From the NCBI GenBank assembly GCA_034521815.1, contig JAXHLW010000013.1:1312001-1376000 (forward strand): DNA of 64,000 nt, in the 5' to 3' direction. The notes beneath the pieces are model-generated. The model was given only the letters and a program-made list of their open reading frames with translations. It ran no database searches and was not told the DNA's origin. Positions 1 to 11,334 of the stretch are shown one piece after another. Numbering within the stretch: position 1 is the first letter of the stretch; every line of letters starts with the position of its first letter. Both the position numbers and the translations under genes were made by a program. Origin of the DNA: Trueperaceae bacterium. GTDB taxonomy: Bacteria; Deinococcota; Deinococci; Deinococcales; Trueperaceae.

Positions 1-1034
1 AACGCGTCCGCCCAGCCCAGCACCGACGGGCGGACGAGGAACGGCGCGGCCTCGTCCTGCCCCCCGGCGATGCGCACCCCGCGTCGCGCGAACGCGGCCA
101 CCACGTCGTTCGCTGCGACGCCGTCCGGTACCCGCAGAGCGGCGACGGCGGGGCTGGCCCGCACGGCGAAGCGCGTGCAGCCTGCCGCCTCGCCCGCGGC
201 GAGGACCGCTTCGTTCAGACGCCTGCGCCGGGCCCACAGCTGTTCGATCCCGTCCGTCAGCAGCAGCGGACGTACCGCCGCAAGCCCGGCGATCAAGCCC
301 ACCGCCGGGGTCGTGCCGGTCTTGCCTTCGCGTTGGGCCGGCAGCTCGGCGTGCAGGTCCGCGGCGAAGCTGCGGCGCGAGACGGGAGGCTCGGCGCGAA
401 CGCGCTCCGAAAGCCACGCGAACCCCAGCCCGGGCGGAAGCATCACGCCTTTCTGAGAGCCCGAGACCACGGCGTCGAGCCCCCACGACAGCGGCCGCAG
501 CTCGCTCACCCCGAGGCTGGTGACGGCGTCGACCAGGATGCGCGTCTCGGGCGACCGCTCGCGGATCGCCTGCGCCTGGCGTTCGACGTCGTGCAGCACG
601 CCGGTGCTGGTCTCGGAATGCACCAGCGTCGCTGCGGCGACGTCGGGACGAGCGCGGACGGCGTCGGCGATCTGCTCGGGCGTCGGGCTCGCGCCCCACG
701 GCGCCACGACCTCGACGACCTCGTGACCGTGGCGCTCGGCGAGGCCGGCCCAGCGCTCGCCGAACTTGCCGGCGCGAATCGCCAGCACCGCGGCACCGGC
801 CGGCACGCTGGCCAAGAACGCCGCCTCGAACGCGCTGGTCCCGCTGCCGGAAAGGATCGCGACGTCGTCGCCGGGAACGCACGCGAGCTCGGCCAGCAGG
901 CCACGAGCCTCACCGAGCAGGCGCGCGAACTCGGGCGTGCGGTGGTGCAGCGGCGGCCGAGCGATCGCTTCGAGCACCTGCGGCGGTACCTCGACCGGTC
1001 CCGGCGCGGCCAGCCGCGTCTTGCGAACGCTCAC
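1..1034 (-). CDS. Class V PLP aminotransferase (alanine-glyoxylate/serine-pyruvate family); 3' end runs off the window
   Basis: Own translation from GTG at 1034 (GTGA overlap with the serA stop): RLAAPGPVEVP, HHRTPEF, GSGT, VHSETSTGV, VDAVTS, SGSQKG (PLP lysine). Not in the ORF track. Confidence 0.9.
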   Translation of the reverse strand, partial: MSVRKTRLAAPGPVEVPPQVLEAIARPPLHHRTPEFARLLGEARGLLAELACVPGDDVAILSGSGTSAFEAAFLASVPAGAAVLAIRAGKFGERWAGLAERHGHEVVEVVAPWGASPTPEQIADAVRARPDVAAATLVHSETSTGVLHDVERQAQAIRERSPETRILVDAVTSLGVSELRPLSWGLDAVVSGSQKGVMLPPGLGFAWLSERVRAEPPVSRRSFAADLHAELPAQREGKTGTTPAVGLIAGLAAVRPLLLTDGIEQLWARRRRLNEAVLAAGEAAGCTRFAVRASPAVAALRVPDGVAANDVVAAFARRGVRIAGGQDEAAPFLVRPSVLGWADA

Positions 1035-2602
1035 AGCCGGACCAGCCGGAGACTCCGGATCACGTCGCGCATCGAGCCGAGCACCTCGAGGATCTCGTCG
1101 GGCGGCGCGGCGTCGAGCGTCAGCGCGAACATCGCCAGCCCGCCCGCTCCGACGCGACTCAGCTGCATCCCGACGATGTTCACGCCGGCGTCGCCGAGCA
1201 CCGTGCCGACCTTTCCGACCGCGCCGGGCCGGTCGACGTTCGTGCAGATCAGCATGGCGCCCTCCGGCTTGATCTCGATCGGGTAGCCGTCGATCTCGAC
1301 GATGCGCGGAACGGAGCCCAGCACGGTGCCCGCCACCTCGGTGCTGCCCTCGTCGGTTCGGACCGTGACCTGGACGAAGGTGGTGTAGCCCCGTCCCCGG
1401 GAGGCGGTGGTCTTGGCGATGCGGATGTCGCGCTCGCGTGCGATGGCGGCCGCGTTCACGTAGTTCGGCGGCTCGTCGAGGATCGGTTCCAGGAACCCCT
1501 TCGTGACCGCGATGGCGATCGGATCGGGATCACGCGGGAAGTCGCCGGCGAACTCGATCGCGATCTCGCGCACGCGCCCGCCGATCAGCTGCACGGCCGT
1601 CTTGCCCAGGATCTCGCCCAGCGCCAGATGCTGCCCGAGGTCGCGCAGCACGTCGCTGGACAGCGCCGGCGCGTTCACGACGCCGCGCGAGTAGTCGCCG
1701 CGCAACGCCTGCACCGTTCGCTCGAGGATCTCGGCGCCGACGCGTGCCTGCGCCTCACGGGTGTTCGCGCCCAGGTGCGCCGTCACCACGACGTCGTCGC
1801 GACCCACCAGCGGATGGTCCTGCGACGGCGGCTCGAGCCGGAACACGTCGAGTCCGGCGGCGAACACCTGGCCGCTGTCCAGCGCCTCGGCCAAGGCATC
1901 CTCGTCCACGATCCCGCCCCGTGCCGCGTTGACCACGATCGCGCCGCGCGGCATGCGCGCGAGCTCCTCGGCGCCGATCATGCCCAGCGTCTCCTCCGTC
2001 AGCGGCGTGTGCACGGTGAGCACGTCGGCGACGGCCAGCATCGCGTGAAGATCGTCGAACAGCTCGACGTGGAGATCGTCGGCCCGGTGACGCGAGATGT
2101 ACGGGTCGTACGCGGTCACGGTCATGCCCAGCGCCTGCGCGCGCCGCGCGACCAGCGACCCGATCCGGCCCAGGCCCACGATCGCCAGCCGAGACTCCTT
2201 GACCTCCCGGCCCAGGAACGAGCGATCCCACTGTCCGTCGCGGATCAGGCGATCGCTGCGGGCCACGCCTCGCGAGGCGGCCAGCATCAGCGCGATCGCG
2301 AGCTCCGCCGCCGAGACGTTGTTCGCCTCGGGCGCGTTCAGGACCACCACGCCGCGTCGGCTGGCCGCGTCCAGGTCGATGTTGTCCACCCCCACGCCGC
2401 CCCGTCCGATCACCTTGAGGGAGGGTGCGGCGGCCAGCAGGGCGTCGTCGACCTGCGTCCGCGACCGGGTGATGATCGCGTCGTAGTCGCCGACGATGCG
2501 GAGGAGCTCCTCGCGCCCGATCCCGGCGCGATCGTGCACCTCGACGTCGCCGTGGTCGGCGTCGCCAAGCTGAATCTTGTCGGTGACCAGAATTTTCGGC
2601 AT
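1031..2602 (-). CDS. serA: D-3-phosphoglycerate dehydrogenase (long form with ACT domain)
   Basis: MPKILVTD start, RGGVGVDNID, GLGRIG, NAARGG, TAHLGANT, C-terminal ACT (DRPGAVGKVG). Confidence 0.96.
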   Translation of the reverse strand: MPKILVTDKIQLGDADHGDVEVHDRAGIGREELLRIVGDYDAIITRSRTQVDDALLAAAPSLKVIGRGGVGVDNIDLDAASRRGVVVLNAPEANNVSAAELAIALMLAASRGVARSDRLIRDGQWDRSFLGREVKESRLAIVGLGRIGSLVARRAQALGMTVTAYDPYISRHRADDLHVELFDDLHAMLAVADVLTVHTPLTEETLGMIGAEELARMPRGAIVVNAARGGIVDEDALAEALDSGQVFAAGLDVFRLEPPSQDHPLVGRDDVVVTAHLGANTREAQARVGAEILERTVQALRGDYSRGVVNAPALSSDVLRDLGQHLALGEILGKTAVQLIGGRVREIAIEFAGDFPRDPDPIAIAVTKGFLEPILDEPPNYVNAAAIARERDIRIAKTTASRGRGYTTFVQVTVRTDEGSTEVAGTVLGSVPRIVEIDGYPIEIKPEGAMLICTNVDRPGAVGKVGTVLGDAGVNIVGMQLSRVGAGGLAMFALTLDAAPPDEILEVLGSMRDVIRSLRLVRL

Positions 2603-2702
2603 GTCGAGGGATGATAGCAGCCGACGGTCGGCCGGCTCTCCGTCCACCGTCGTTCGGCGCCCGGCCGACGCCCGGTCGGGCCCCGTCAGGGCCCGCCACG
2701 CC

Positions 2703-3620
2703 TCAGTCGGCGTCGACGAACCCGTCCAGCGCGAGGCCTCCGGGAACGGGGAACGACTCGACGCCCAGCACGTCCATGGCCAGCTCGCCGCGCACCGAGA
2801 ACCCGGTAGGGATCCCGGAAAGCGCCGCGGCCATCACCCGCCGGCCCGGCTCGTCCATGAGGCTGGGATCGGGGTAGAACAGCAGGTCCAGACGACGCTC
2901 GCCCCCGGCGGGAAGCGGGACCGGCCCGACGTCCAGCCGTCCCAGCGGTCGTCCGCCCAGCGACAGCACCACGTCCTTGCCGTTCAGGAAGTAGCCGATC
3001 TCGCCGGGATTGCGTACCGTCGCGACGATCTGCACGACCGGCACCCCGGAGCGCACCTCGAACACCCTCGATTCATCGCTGAGGAACGTCAGCGCCGGCG
3101 GTGCGGCGGTCTCGCGCGGGAGCAGCGCGTCCTCGACCAGAACGGCCTCACGCGTCTCGAACGCGAAGCCCGCAGCCGAGAAGCTCACGCGGCCCTCGAG
3201 GCGGTACGGGAGCGGCACGCCGGTGAAGGCCCTCGCGACGGCGGTCAACAGCGGCCGCCTGGGCGGGAGCGCGGCGTCCACGGGGAACGACAGGGGAACG
3301 CTGCCGCTCGCGTCCAGCCACGCGCCGGGCTCCAGCGTCCCCTCGGCGACGAGGCTGTCGGCCAGCAGAACGCTGTACTCGAAGCGGTCCAGCCGGACAC
3401 CGAACGGGTTCGGGTTGCGGGCCAGCACGGCCAGCTCCAGCTGGAGCCGCTCGCCCGCTCCGGGCGGGTCGAACCGTTCCAGACGGGTCCGGCCGGGCAC
3501 GGCCTCGAACACCAGCGGGGCGACGTCCACGGTGGGACGCGCGCGCACCTCGGCGCCGGGCGCGCAGGCGGTCAGGGCCGACAGTACGGCCAGAGCGATC
3601 AGGAGCGGCAGGCGCTGCAC
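2703..3620 (-). CDS. Lipoprotein with tandem LEA_2/WHy-like domains
   Basis: Lipobox LTAC; NPNPFGVRL and VRNPGEIG motifs in two repeats. Confidence 0.7.
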   Translation of the reverse strand: MQRLPLLIALAVLSALTACAPGAEVRARPTVDVAPLVFEAVPGRTRLERFDPPGAGERLQLELAVLARNPNPFGVRLDRFEYSVLLADSLVAEGTLEPGAWLDASGSVPLSFPVDAALPPRRPLLTAVARAFTGVPLPYRLEGRVSFSAAGFAFETREAVLVEDALLPRETAAPPALTFLSDESRVFEVRSGVPVVQIVATVRNPGEIGYFLNGKDVVLSLGGRPLGRLDVGPVPLPAGGERRLDLLFYPDPSLMDEPGRRVMAAALSGIPTGFSVRGELAMDVLGVESFPVPGGLALDGFVDAD

Positions 3621-3700
3621 CCGTCGAGTCTAGCAGGCGGCCGCACGCCGCTCGTGCTCGTGCTCGCGCTCGCGCTCGTGCTCTCGAGCGGTGGGCCTCG

Positions 3701-6118
3701 TCAGACGACCTGCCGCAGCCCGACCGCCCGGACGCGGCGCTCCAGCTCGGTCCGGAGCCGAGCCGCCCACGGAGAGCGAAGCTCGGGGTCGGCGTCGAGG
3801 ATCTGCGCGGCCAGCGCTCGGGCGCGCTCGATCAGCTCGCCGTCTCGGACCAGGTCGCCCAGCTCCAGATCGGGCAGCCCGGACTGCCGCGTGCCGCGCA
3901 GCTCGCCGGGCCCCCGTAGCTCCAGATCCTTCTCCGCGATCAGGAACCCGTCGGTGTGCTTGACGATCACCTCGAGACGCTTCTGCGTCGCGCGCGAGCG
4001 GTCGCCCGCGACCAGGATGCAGCGGCTCTCGGCGGCCCCCCGGCCCACCCTGCCGCGCAGCTGGTGCAGCTGCGCGAGTCCGAACCGCTCGGCGTTCTCG
4101 ATCACCATCACGCTGGCGTTCGGGACGTCCACACCCACCTCGACGACCGTGGTGGCGACCAGCAGATCGGTCTCGTGCGCATGGAAGCGCTGCATCACCG
4201 CCTCCTTCTCGGCCCCGCTCATCCGACCGTGCACCAGGTCGATCCGGCACGCTGCGGGGAGGAGCGCCCGCAGGTCGTCGGCCATCTCGGTCGCCGAGAC
4301 GATCTCCTGCATCGTCTCCGCCTCGCTCCGCTCGATCAGGGGCGCGACCACGAACGCCTGTCGGCCCCCGCGGATCTCGTCCCACACCTCGCGGTACACG
4401 CGGGTCCGCTGAGACGCGCCGACCAGGGTGGTCCGGATCGGGGTGCGACCCGGCGGGAGCTCGTCGATGACGGACAGCTCCAGATCGCCGTACGCGGTCA
4501 GCGCCAACGATCGCGGGATCGGCGTGGCCGACATGACCAGCACGTCGGGAAGATCGCTCAGCAGCGCCCGACGCTGCTCGACGCCGAAGCGGTGCTCCTC
4601 GTCGATGATCGCGAGGCCCAGGTCCACGAACGACACGCCTTCCTGGATCAGGGCGTGGGTACCGACCACCAGGTCGGCCTCGCCCCCGGCCACGCGAGCA
4701 CGGGCGGTACGACGATCGCCCGCGCCGTGGGCGCCGATCAGCAGCTCGGTCCGCACGCCCAACGGATGCAGGTAGCCGCGCAGGCTCTCGAAGTGCTGGC
4801 GCGCCAGGATCTCCGTCGGTGCCATCAGGGCGACCTGGCGTCCCGCGCGGATCGCCACCCAGGCGGCCGCGGCGGCGACCGCGGTCTTGCCGCTTCCCAC
4901 GTCGCCTTGCAGCAGCCGGGCCATCTGCCTGGGGCTGGCCATGTCGGCGACGATCTCGTCGCGCGCCCTCCGCTGCGCAGCCGTGAGGCGGAACGGCAGG
5001 GCGTCCTCGAAGGTGCGCAGATCCGCGTCCCGCACCTCGACGGCGCGACCGTCCGCGTCGGCACGGCGGGTGCGGAGGATTCGCAGCTCCAGGAACAGGA
5101 ACTCGTCGAAGCGAAGCCGTTTCAGCGCGCCGGCGAGGCCGTCCTCGTCGGTCGGGAAGTGCACCTGCCGCAGCGCACGGTCGAGCGGCACCAGGTCCTC
5201 CCGCTCGAGCAGCGTCCGGGGCAGGTGATCGGGGAGGGTGGGGAGCGCCTCGAGCAGGGTGTGCACGGCGCGCCGCAGGTAGTCCTGGGACAGGCCGCGG
5301 GGCGTGCGGTAGAGACCGACGATCCTGTCGGTGGACAGGCCGGCGTCCCCTTCGAGCACCTCGTGGTGCAGCGCGTGCAGCTCGCGCGCGGCCCCGCGCT
5401 CCTTGATCCTGCCCGTCACGATCACCGTGCGGCCGGGGAACAGCTGGTCCTCCAGCCACGGCTGGTTGAACCAGACGATCGTCAGCCGCTCGCCCCTGCG
5501 GTCTTGAAGAAACCCGCGCAGCACGTGCATTCCGCGGCGGGAACGCACGCCCTTGCGCCCCAGCAGCGTTCCCTGCACGGTCGCCTGGTCCTGACCGGCC
5601 AGCGCCCGGAAATCCGGAAGCGCCCTGCGGTCCTCGTACCGCCGCGGCCAGACGGCGAGCAGGTCGCGATAGCGCTCGACGCCGATCTCGGCCAGCTTGC
5701 GCGGCGCGTGCGCGGCCAGGCCCACGGCCGCCTCGGTCAGCGAGGCGTCGAGAAGCTTCGCCGCTTCCCGAGCTGCCGATCCCGACTCGGTGCGCCTTCC
5801 ATCGGTGCGCCTTCCATCGGTGGGCCTTCCAGGAGGCCCCTGCGACGCCGCGCGACCGGCCGCCTGGGCCTCGCGCTCGTCGGCCCGGAGGTCCTCCGCG
5901 TCGAGCCGCTCGAGCGCGGTACGAACCGCCTTCGCGCGGGCCTGCGCGTCGAGGTCCCCGTACCCGGCGAGCAGCCCGCGCACGTCGGCGAACGGCGCGC
6001 CGACGACGGTGACGAGCTTCTCGAGACCGCCGACGACGACGTCGTCGAGGCATCCGCCGCGCAGCTCCTGACGCAGCGGCCCCCGCAGGCGCTCCCTGAG
6101 CTCTCGGGCGCTGGGCAC
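3701..6118 (-). CDS. recG: ATP-dependent DNA helicase RecG
   Basis: [62 protein letters not shown]. Confidence 0.97.
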   Translation of the reverse strand: MPSARELRERLRGPLRQELRGGCLDDVVVGGLEKLVTVVGAPFADVRGLLAGYGDLDAQARAKAVRTALERLDAEDLRADEREAQAAGRAASQGPPGRPTDGRRTDGRRTESGSAAREAAKLLDASLTEAAVGLAAHAPRKLAEIGVERYRDLLAVWPRRYEDRRALPDFRALAGQDQATVQGTLLGRKGVRSRRGMHVLRGFLQDRRGERLTIVWFNQPWLEDQLFPGRTVIVTGRIKERGAARELHALHHEVLEGDAGLSTDRIVGLYRTPRGLSQDYLRRAVHTLLEALPTLPDHLPRTLLEREDLVPLDRALRQVHFPTDEDGLAGALKRLRFDEFLFLELRILRTRRADADGRAVEVRDADLRTFEDALPFRLTAAQRRARDEIVADMASPRQMARLLQGDVGSGKTAVAAAAAWVAIRAGRQVALMAPTEILARQHFESLRGYLHPLGVRTELLIGAHGAGDRRTARARVAGGEADLVVGTHALIQEGVSFVDLGLAIIDEEHRFGVEQRRALLSDLPDVLVMSATPIPRSLALTAYGDLELSVIDELPPGRTPIRTTLVGASQRTRVYREVWDEIRGGRQAFVVAPLIERSEAETMQEIVSATEMADDLRALLPAACRIDLVHGRMSGAEKEAVMQRFHAHETDLLVATTVVEVGVDVPNASVMVIENAERFGLAQLHQLRGRVGRGAAESRCILVAGDRSRATQKRLEVIVKHTDGFLIAEKDLELRGPGELRGTRQSGLPDLELGDLVRDGELIERARALAAQILDADPELRSPWAARLRTELERRVRAVGLRQVV

Positions 6119-6334
6119 GCGTCATCGTACCCGTGCTGCCGGTCCGCGAAATCGCGATGTGATCGTCGCGAATCGTCTAGTCTAGAGACAACGCGAACGG
6201 ACTTGCCGTCGACCGCGATGCGGACGGCCACCGGCGCACGTTCGATCCGTTCGAGCGCGCCGACCCCTCGGTACCAGCGGTTCGACGTCAGGCCGGGCGT
6301 CCCGGGACCGACGGTCTCCGGGGGAAGGAGCACT

Positions 6335-7570
<1,236 letters not shown>

Positions 7571-7586
7571 CCGCTCACCGTTCTAG

Positions 7587-7613
7587 GAGGGAGCGCGCCT
7601 CGCGCGCTCCCTC
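7587..7613 (+). terminator. GC-rich stem-loop after the binding-protein gene (terminator or mRNA stabiliser)
   Basis: GAGGGAGCGCGC-ctc-GCGCGCTCCCTC. Confidence 0.55.
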
Positions 7614-7641
7614 GACCTCGCTCGATCACCGGGGGACCGCC

Positions 7642-8761
7642 ATGCGCCGTAGCGATCGTCTCACCGCCTTCCTGATGCTACTGCCCTCGATCGTGCTGCT
7701 CGGCGATCTTCGTGTACGGCTTCATCGGCCGAACCGCCTGGGTGTCGCTCACGAACTGGGGCGCGGACGCCAGTCAGGCGCTGGCGCTGAATCCGAAGCT
7801 CGAGTTCATCGGCTTCGCGAACTACGACAAGCTGTTCACCAGCCTGATCGACACGCGCTTCCGCCAAGACCTGGTCAACACCTTCTTCTTCACGATCTTC
7901 TTCCTGCTCGGCTGCCTCGTGCTCGGCCTGGGACTGGCGATCCTGCTGGACCAGAAAGTCCGCTTCGAGGGTCTCTTTCGCACCATCTTCCTATTTCCGT
8001 TCGCGCTCGCCTTCATCGTCACCGGCACCGTCTGGCGCTGGATGCTCCAGCCGCAGGGCGGCGTCAACGTCCTTCCCGAGCTGGTGGGGCTACCGCGCTT
8101 GACGTTCCCGTGGGTCACGACGAGACAGCAGATCTGGCAGTTCGACTGGAACAGCGTTCCGGCGTTCTTCGCCGGTGCGGCCGCATTGGTCTTGCTCTGG
8201 CTGGCGTGGCGCGCGTGGCGTTCGTCCAGGCGCACCCGTGCCGGCGTGCACGGCCGTCTTGGCCCTGGGCCTCGCCGGCTGGGCCCTGTCGGGCACGCCC
8301 TGGCGTCAAGCTGCTTCCCTATCCCGAGACGCACGGCTTCAACGTGGCCTTCGTCGGCATCGTTCTCGCTGCCGTATGGCAGATGTCGGGCTACACGATG
8401 GCGCTCTACCTGGCGGGCCTGCGCGGCATCCCAGAACAGCTGCGCGAGGCCGCCCGCATCGACGGCGCGTCGGAGATTCCAGGTGTATCGCCACGTGATC
8501 CTGCCGATGCTGGGGCCGATCACCCTGTCGGCGATGATCATCCTGGGTCACATCAGCCTGAAGATCTTCGACCTCATCTGGGCGATGGCCGGCGCGGACA
8601 ACGCCACCACCGACGTGCCGGCGCTGCTGATGTACCTGCGCAGCTTCCGCGCGAACCGCTTCGCGGAGGGCGCGGCGATCGCGATCGTGCTGCTGATCAT
8701 GGTCGCCACGGTGATCATTCCCTACCTCCGGGCCAGCCTGAAGGGCGAGGTGGAACGATGA
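7642..8761 (+). pseudogene. Sugar ABC permease 1, frameshifted (four apparent +1 insertions; may be sequencing error)
   Basis: Permease sequence is split across frames near 7702, 8249, 8298 and 8476; EAA motif [11 protein letters not shown] present; removing 4 nt gives 372 codons. Confidence 0.8.
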
Positions 8762-9621
8762 GCGCCGAGGCTCTCGACCTCGGAGGGCACGGACGCCCTC
8801 GCTCCTCGCGGCGCCGTTGGCGGTGGGTCGTGTACCTGCTGTTGATCATCGCGTCGCTCTTCTACCTCCTGCCCGTCTACCTGGTGGTCGTCACGGCCCT
8901 CAAGGAGCCGGCCGCCATCACGCTGGCCGACACCTGGAAGCTGCCGCAGACCTGGAACTGGGACAGTTTCCGAATCGCCTGGGAGGCGTTCGCGCCGAAG
9001 CTTCGCAACAGCTTCGTGCTGGCCGTCACCGCCACGCTGCTGTCGGCCCTGATGGGCTCGATGAACGGCTACGTCCTCTCCAAGTGGCGCTTTCCGGGAG
9101 CGAACATCGTCTTCCCGCTGATGCTGTTCGGCATGTTCATTCCCTACCAGGCGGTCCTGATCCCGCTGTTCCAGTTCCTGCGCGACATCGGCCTGTACGG
9201 CAGCCTGGCGGGCCTGATCGTGGCGCACGTCGTCTACGGCCTGCCGATCACCACCCTGATCTTCCGCAACTTCTACGCCGAGGTGCCCGACGAGATGCTC
9301 GACGCCGCCAAGATCGACGGCGCCGGCTTCTTCGGGATCTACACCCGGATCATCTTCCCGCTGTCCATCTCGGGCTTCGTGGTCGTGATCATCTGGCAGT
9401 TCACCCAGATCTGGAACGAGTTCCTGTTCGCCGTCACCCTCACCCGTCAGGAGAGCCAGCCGATCACGGTGGCGCTCGCGAACCTCGCCGGTGGCGAGGC
9501 CGTGAACTGGAACCTGCCGATGGCGGGAGCCATCCTGGCGGCGCTGCCCACGCTGCTGATCTACATCGTGCTGGGGCGCTACTTCATCCGCGGCCTGCTG
9601 GCCGGCAGCGTGAAGGGCTGA
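8758..9621 (+). CDS. Sugar ABC permease 2
   Basis: ATGA overlap with permease 1; EAA motif [17 protein letters not shown]. Confidence 0.92.
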   Translation: MSAEALDLGGHGRPRSSRRRWRWVVYLLLIIASLFYLLPVYLVVVTALKEPAAITLADTWKLPQTWNWDSFRIAWEAFAPKLRNSFVLAVTATLLSALMGSMNGYVLSKWRFPGANIVFPLMLFGMFIPYQAVLIPLFQFLRDIGLYGSLAGLIVAHVVYGLPITTLIFRNFYAEVPDEMLDAAKIDGAGFFGIYTRIIFPLSISGFVVVIIWQFTQIWNEFLFAVTLTRQESQPITVALANLAGGEAVNWNLPMAGAILAALPTLLIYIVLGRYFIRGLLAGSVKG

Positions 9622-9688
9622 TCTCGACCGGTCCCGAAGAGCGCCGTCCGACACAGCGCCGGCCGGCCGGCCGTGGTCTGGTGGGTCC

Positions 9689-11176
9689 GTGAGTTTCGAC
9701 GACGCCGTTCGCGACCCGACCCGACGCAGCTGGATCCTGGCGGCCGCTGCGCTGGGCGCCTTCGCGGCTACCGTGATGGCGACCAGCGTGAACGTGGCGC
9801 TGCCCTCGCTGGTCCGGGCGTTCGACGCACCGTTCGCGCTGGTGCAGTGGGTGGTGCTCGCGTACCTGCTGGCCACCGCGGCGCTGCTGCCGATCGTGGG
9901 CCGACTGGCCGACATGCTGGGCAAGCGGGTCATCTTCGCGGCCGGCTTCGTGATCATCGCCGTCGCCTCGCTGGCCACCGGCGCCGCACCCAACCTGCCC
10001 GCCCTGATCGCGTTTCGGCTGCTTCACGGGGTCGGCGCGGCTGTCCTGACCGGCGTGGGCCTGGCGATCGTGACGGACGTCTTCCCCGCCGAGGAGCGCG
10101 GCCGCGCGATCGGCATCAACGGCGCGGTGCTGTCGGCCGGCATCGTCCTGGGCCCCGCGCTGGGCGGCCTGCTGGTCGAGGTGGGCTGGCGCTGGGTGTT
10201 CCTGATGGGGGTGCCCGTGGGCGCGGTCGGAGCCGCCCTCGCGTGGTGGTTCGTGCCCAGCTACGAGCGCGGGGCCGCACAGCGCTTCGACCTGCCCGGG
10301 GCCGCCGTCCTGACCGGGATGCTGACCGCGTTGTCGTTGGCGCTGACGATGGGGCAGAATCGCGGCTTCGACGATCCGCTCATCGTGACCGGCTTCGCCG
10401 CCGCCGCTCTGGCGCTCCCCCTGTTCGTCTGGATCGAGCGTCGCTCGCCCCATCCGGTCGTGGACCTCGCGATGTTCGCCGACCTGCGCCTGACGCTCGG
10501 GCTGGCCATCGGCCTGACCGTGTTCGTGTCGATCGCGGGGACGATCTTCGTCATGCCGTTCTACCTGGAGAACGTGCTCGGGCTCGCGCCGGGAAACGTC
10601 GGCCTGTTGATGTCGGTCACGCCGATCCTGCTGGTGATCATCGCCCCCATCGCCGGCCGCCTGGCCGACCGGCACGGCGAGCGGATCGTGACGCTGGTGG
10701 GGCTGGCCTGCGCGCTGCTGGGGTTCGCTCTGGTGGGAACGTTGTCCGCGGACACGACTCCGCTGGGGTTCGTCCTTCGGTTCGTACCGGTCGGGATCGG
10801 GATGGGAACGTTTCAGACCCCGAACAACAGCGCGATCATGGGCGCGGCGCCGCCCGGCCGCTCCGGTGTGGCGGGCGGGCTCCTCGGCCTGACGCGCGCC
10901 CTGGGCCAGACCGCCGGGATCGCGGTCCTGGGCAGCCTCTGGGCGGCGCGGGCCGCCGCCCGCGCGGGCGATCTCGTCGGGATCGAGGGGAGCTCGGCTC
11001 CGATCGCGGCCCAGGTGGGCGGCCTGCACGACATGATGCGGGTCGTTCAGCTGTTGATCCTGGCCGCCCTGGCGCTCGGGGCGTGGGACCTGCTCCGGCG
11101 CGGGAGCCGGCGGCCCGAGGCCGCGGCCGAGTCGGCCACCGAGTCGGCGGCCGAGAGCGCGCAGAGCCGCGCCTGA
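9689..11176 (+). CDS. MFS drug:H+ antiporter (DHA2/EmrB-QacA type)
   Basis: VNVALP, GRLADMLGKR motif A, ERGRAIG, about 14 hydrophobic segments. Confidence 0.9.
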   Translation: MSFDDAVRDPTRRSWILAAAALGAFAATVMATSVNVALPSLVRAFDAPFALVQWVVLAYLLATAALLPIVGRLADMLGKRVIFAAGFVIIAVASLATGAAPNLPALIAFRLLHGVGAAVLTGVGLAIVTDVFPAEERGRAIGINGAVLSAGIVLGPALGGLLVEVGWRWVFLMGVPVGAVGAALAWWFVPSYERGAAQRFDLPGAAVLTGMLTALSLALTMGQNRGFDDPLIVTGFAAAALALPLFVWIERRSPHPVVDLAMFADLRLTLGLAIGLTVFVSIAGTIFVMPFYLENVLGLAPGNVGLLMSVTPILLVIIAPIAGRLADRHGERIVTLVGLACALLGFALVGTLSADTTPLGFVLRFVPVGIGMGTFQTPNNSAIMGAAPPGRSGVAGGLLGLTRALGQTAGIAVLGSLWAARAAARAGDLVGIEGSSAPIAAQVGGLHDMMRVVQLLILAALALGAWDLLRRGSRRPEAAAESATESAAESAQSRA

Positions 11177-11247
11177 ACGAGATCGCCGAACGTCGGCGCG
11201 CCAGCCCACGGCCCCCCTCGCACGGCCGCACCGGAGCGGCGCACGCC

Positions 11248-11276
11248 TTGTGAAGTCATACGACAACGTGTATCTT
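11248..11276 (+). promoter_or_regulatory. sigmaA-like promoter with a palindromic operator candidate
   Basis: TTGTGA-N17-TATCTT; GTCATACGAC (11255-11264) lies in the spacer. Confidence 0.5.
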
Positions 11277-11334
11277 CGTTCGTGCAGCGATCGGCGTGCG
11301 CCGATCGCACGAGCCCCCGGAAAGCGAGGTATCC

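Noticed and set aside
6170-6192. GTCTAGTCTAGAGAC as a GntR/DasR-like operator for the sugar ABC operon
   Set aside because: Imperfect single match that may simply be the -10 region; too weak to call
3956-6334. Very long antisense or alternate-frame ORFs (e.g. 1204, 1169, 1066, 1038 aa)
   Set aside because: Shadow ORFs typical of high-GC DNA; they overlap well-supported genes and carry no motifs
7642-9621. 659-aa double-permease fusion ORF
   Set aside because: Artefact of frameshifts; permease 2 has its own ATG at 8758
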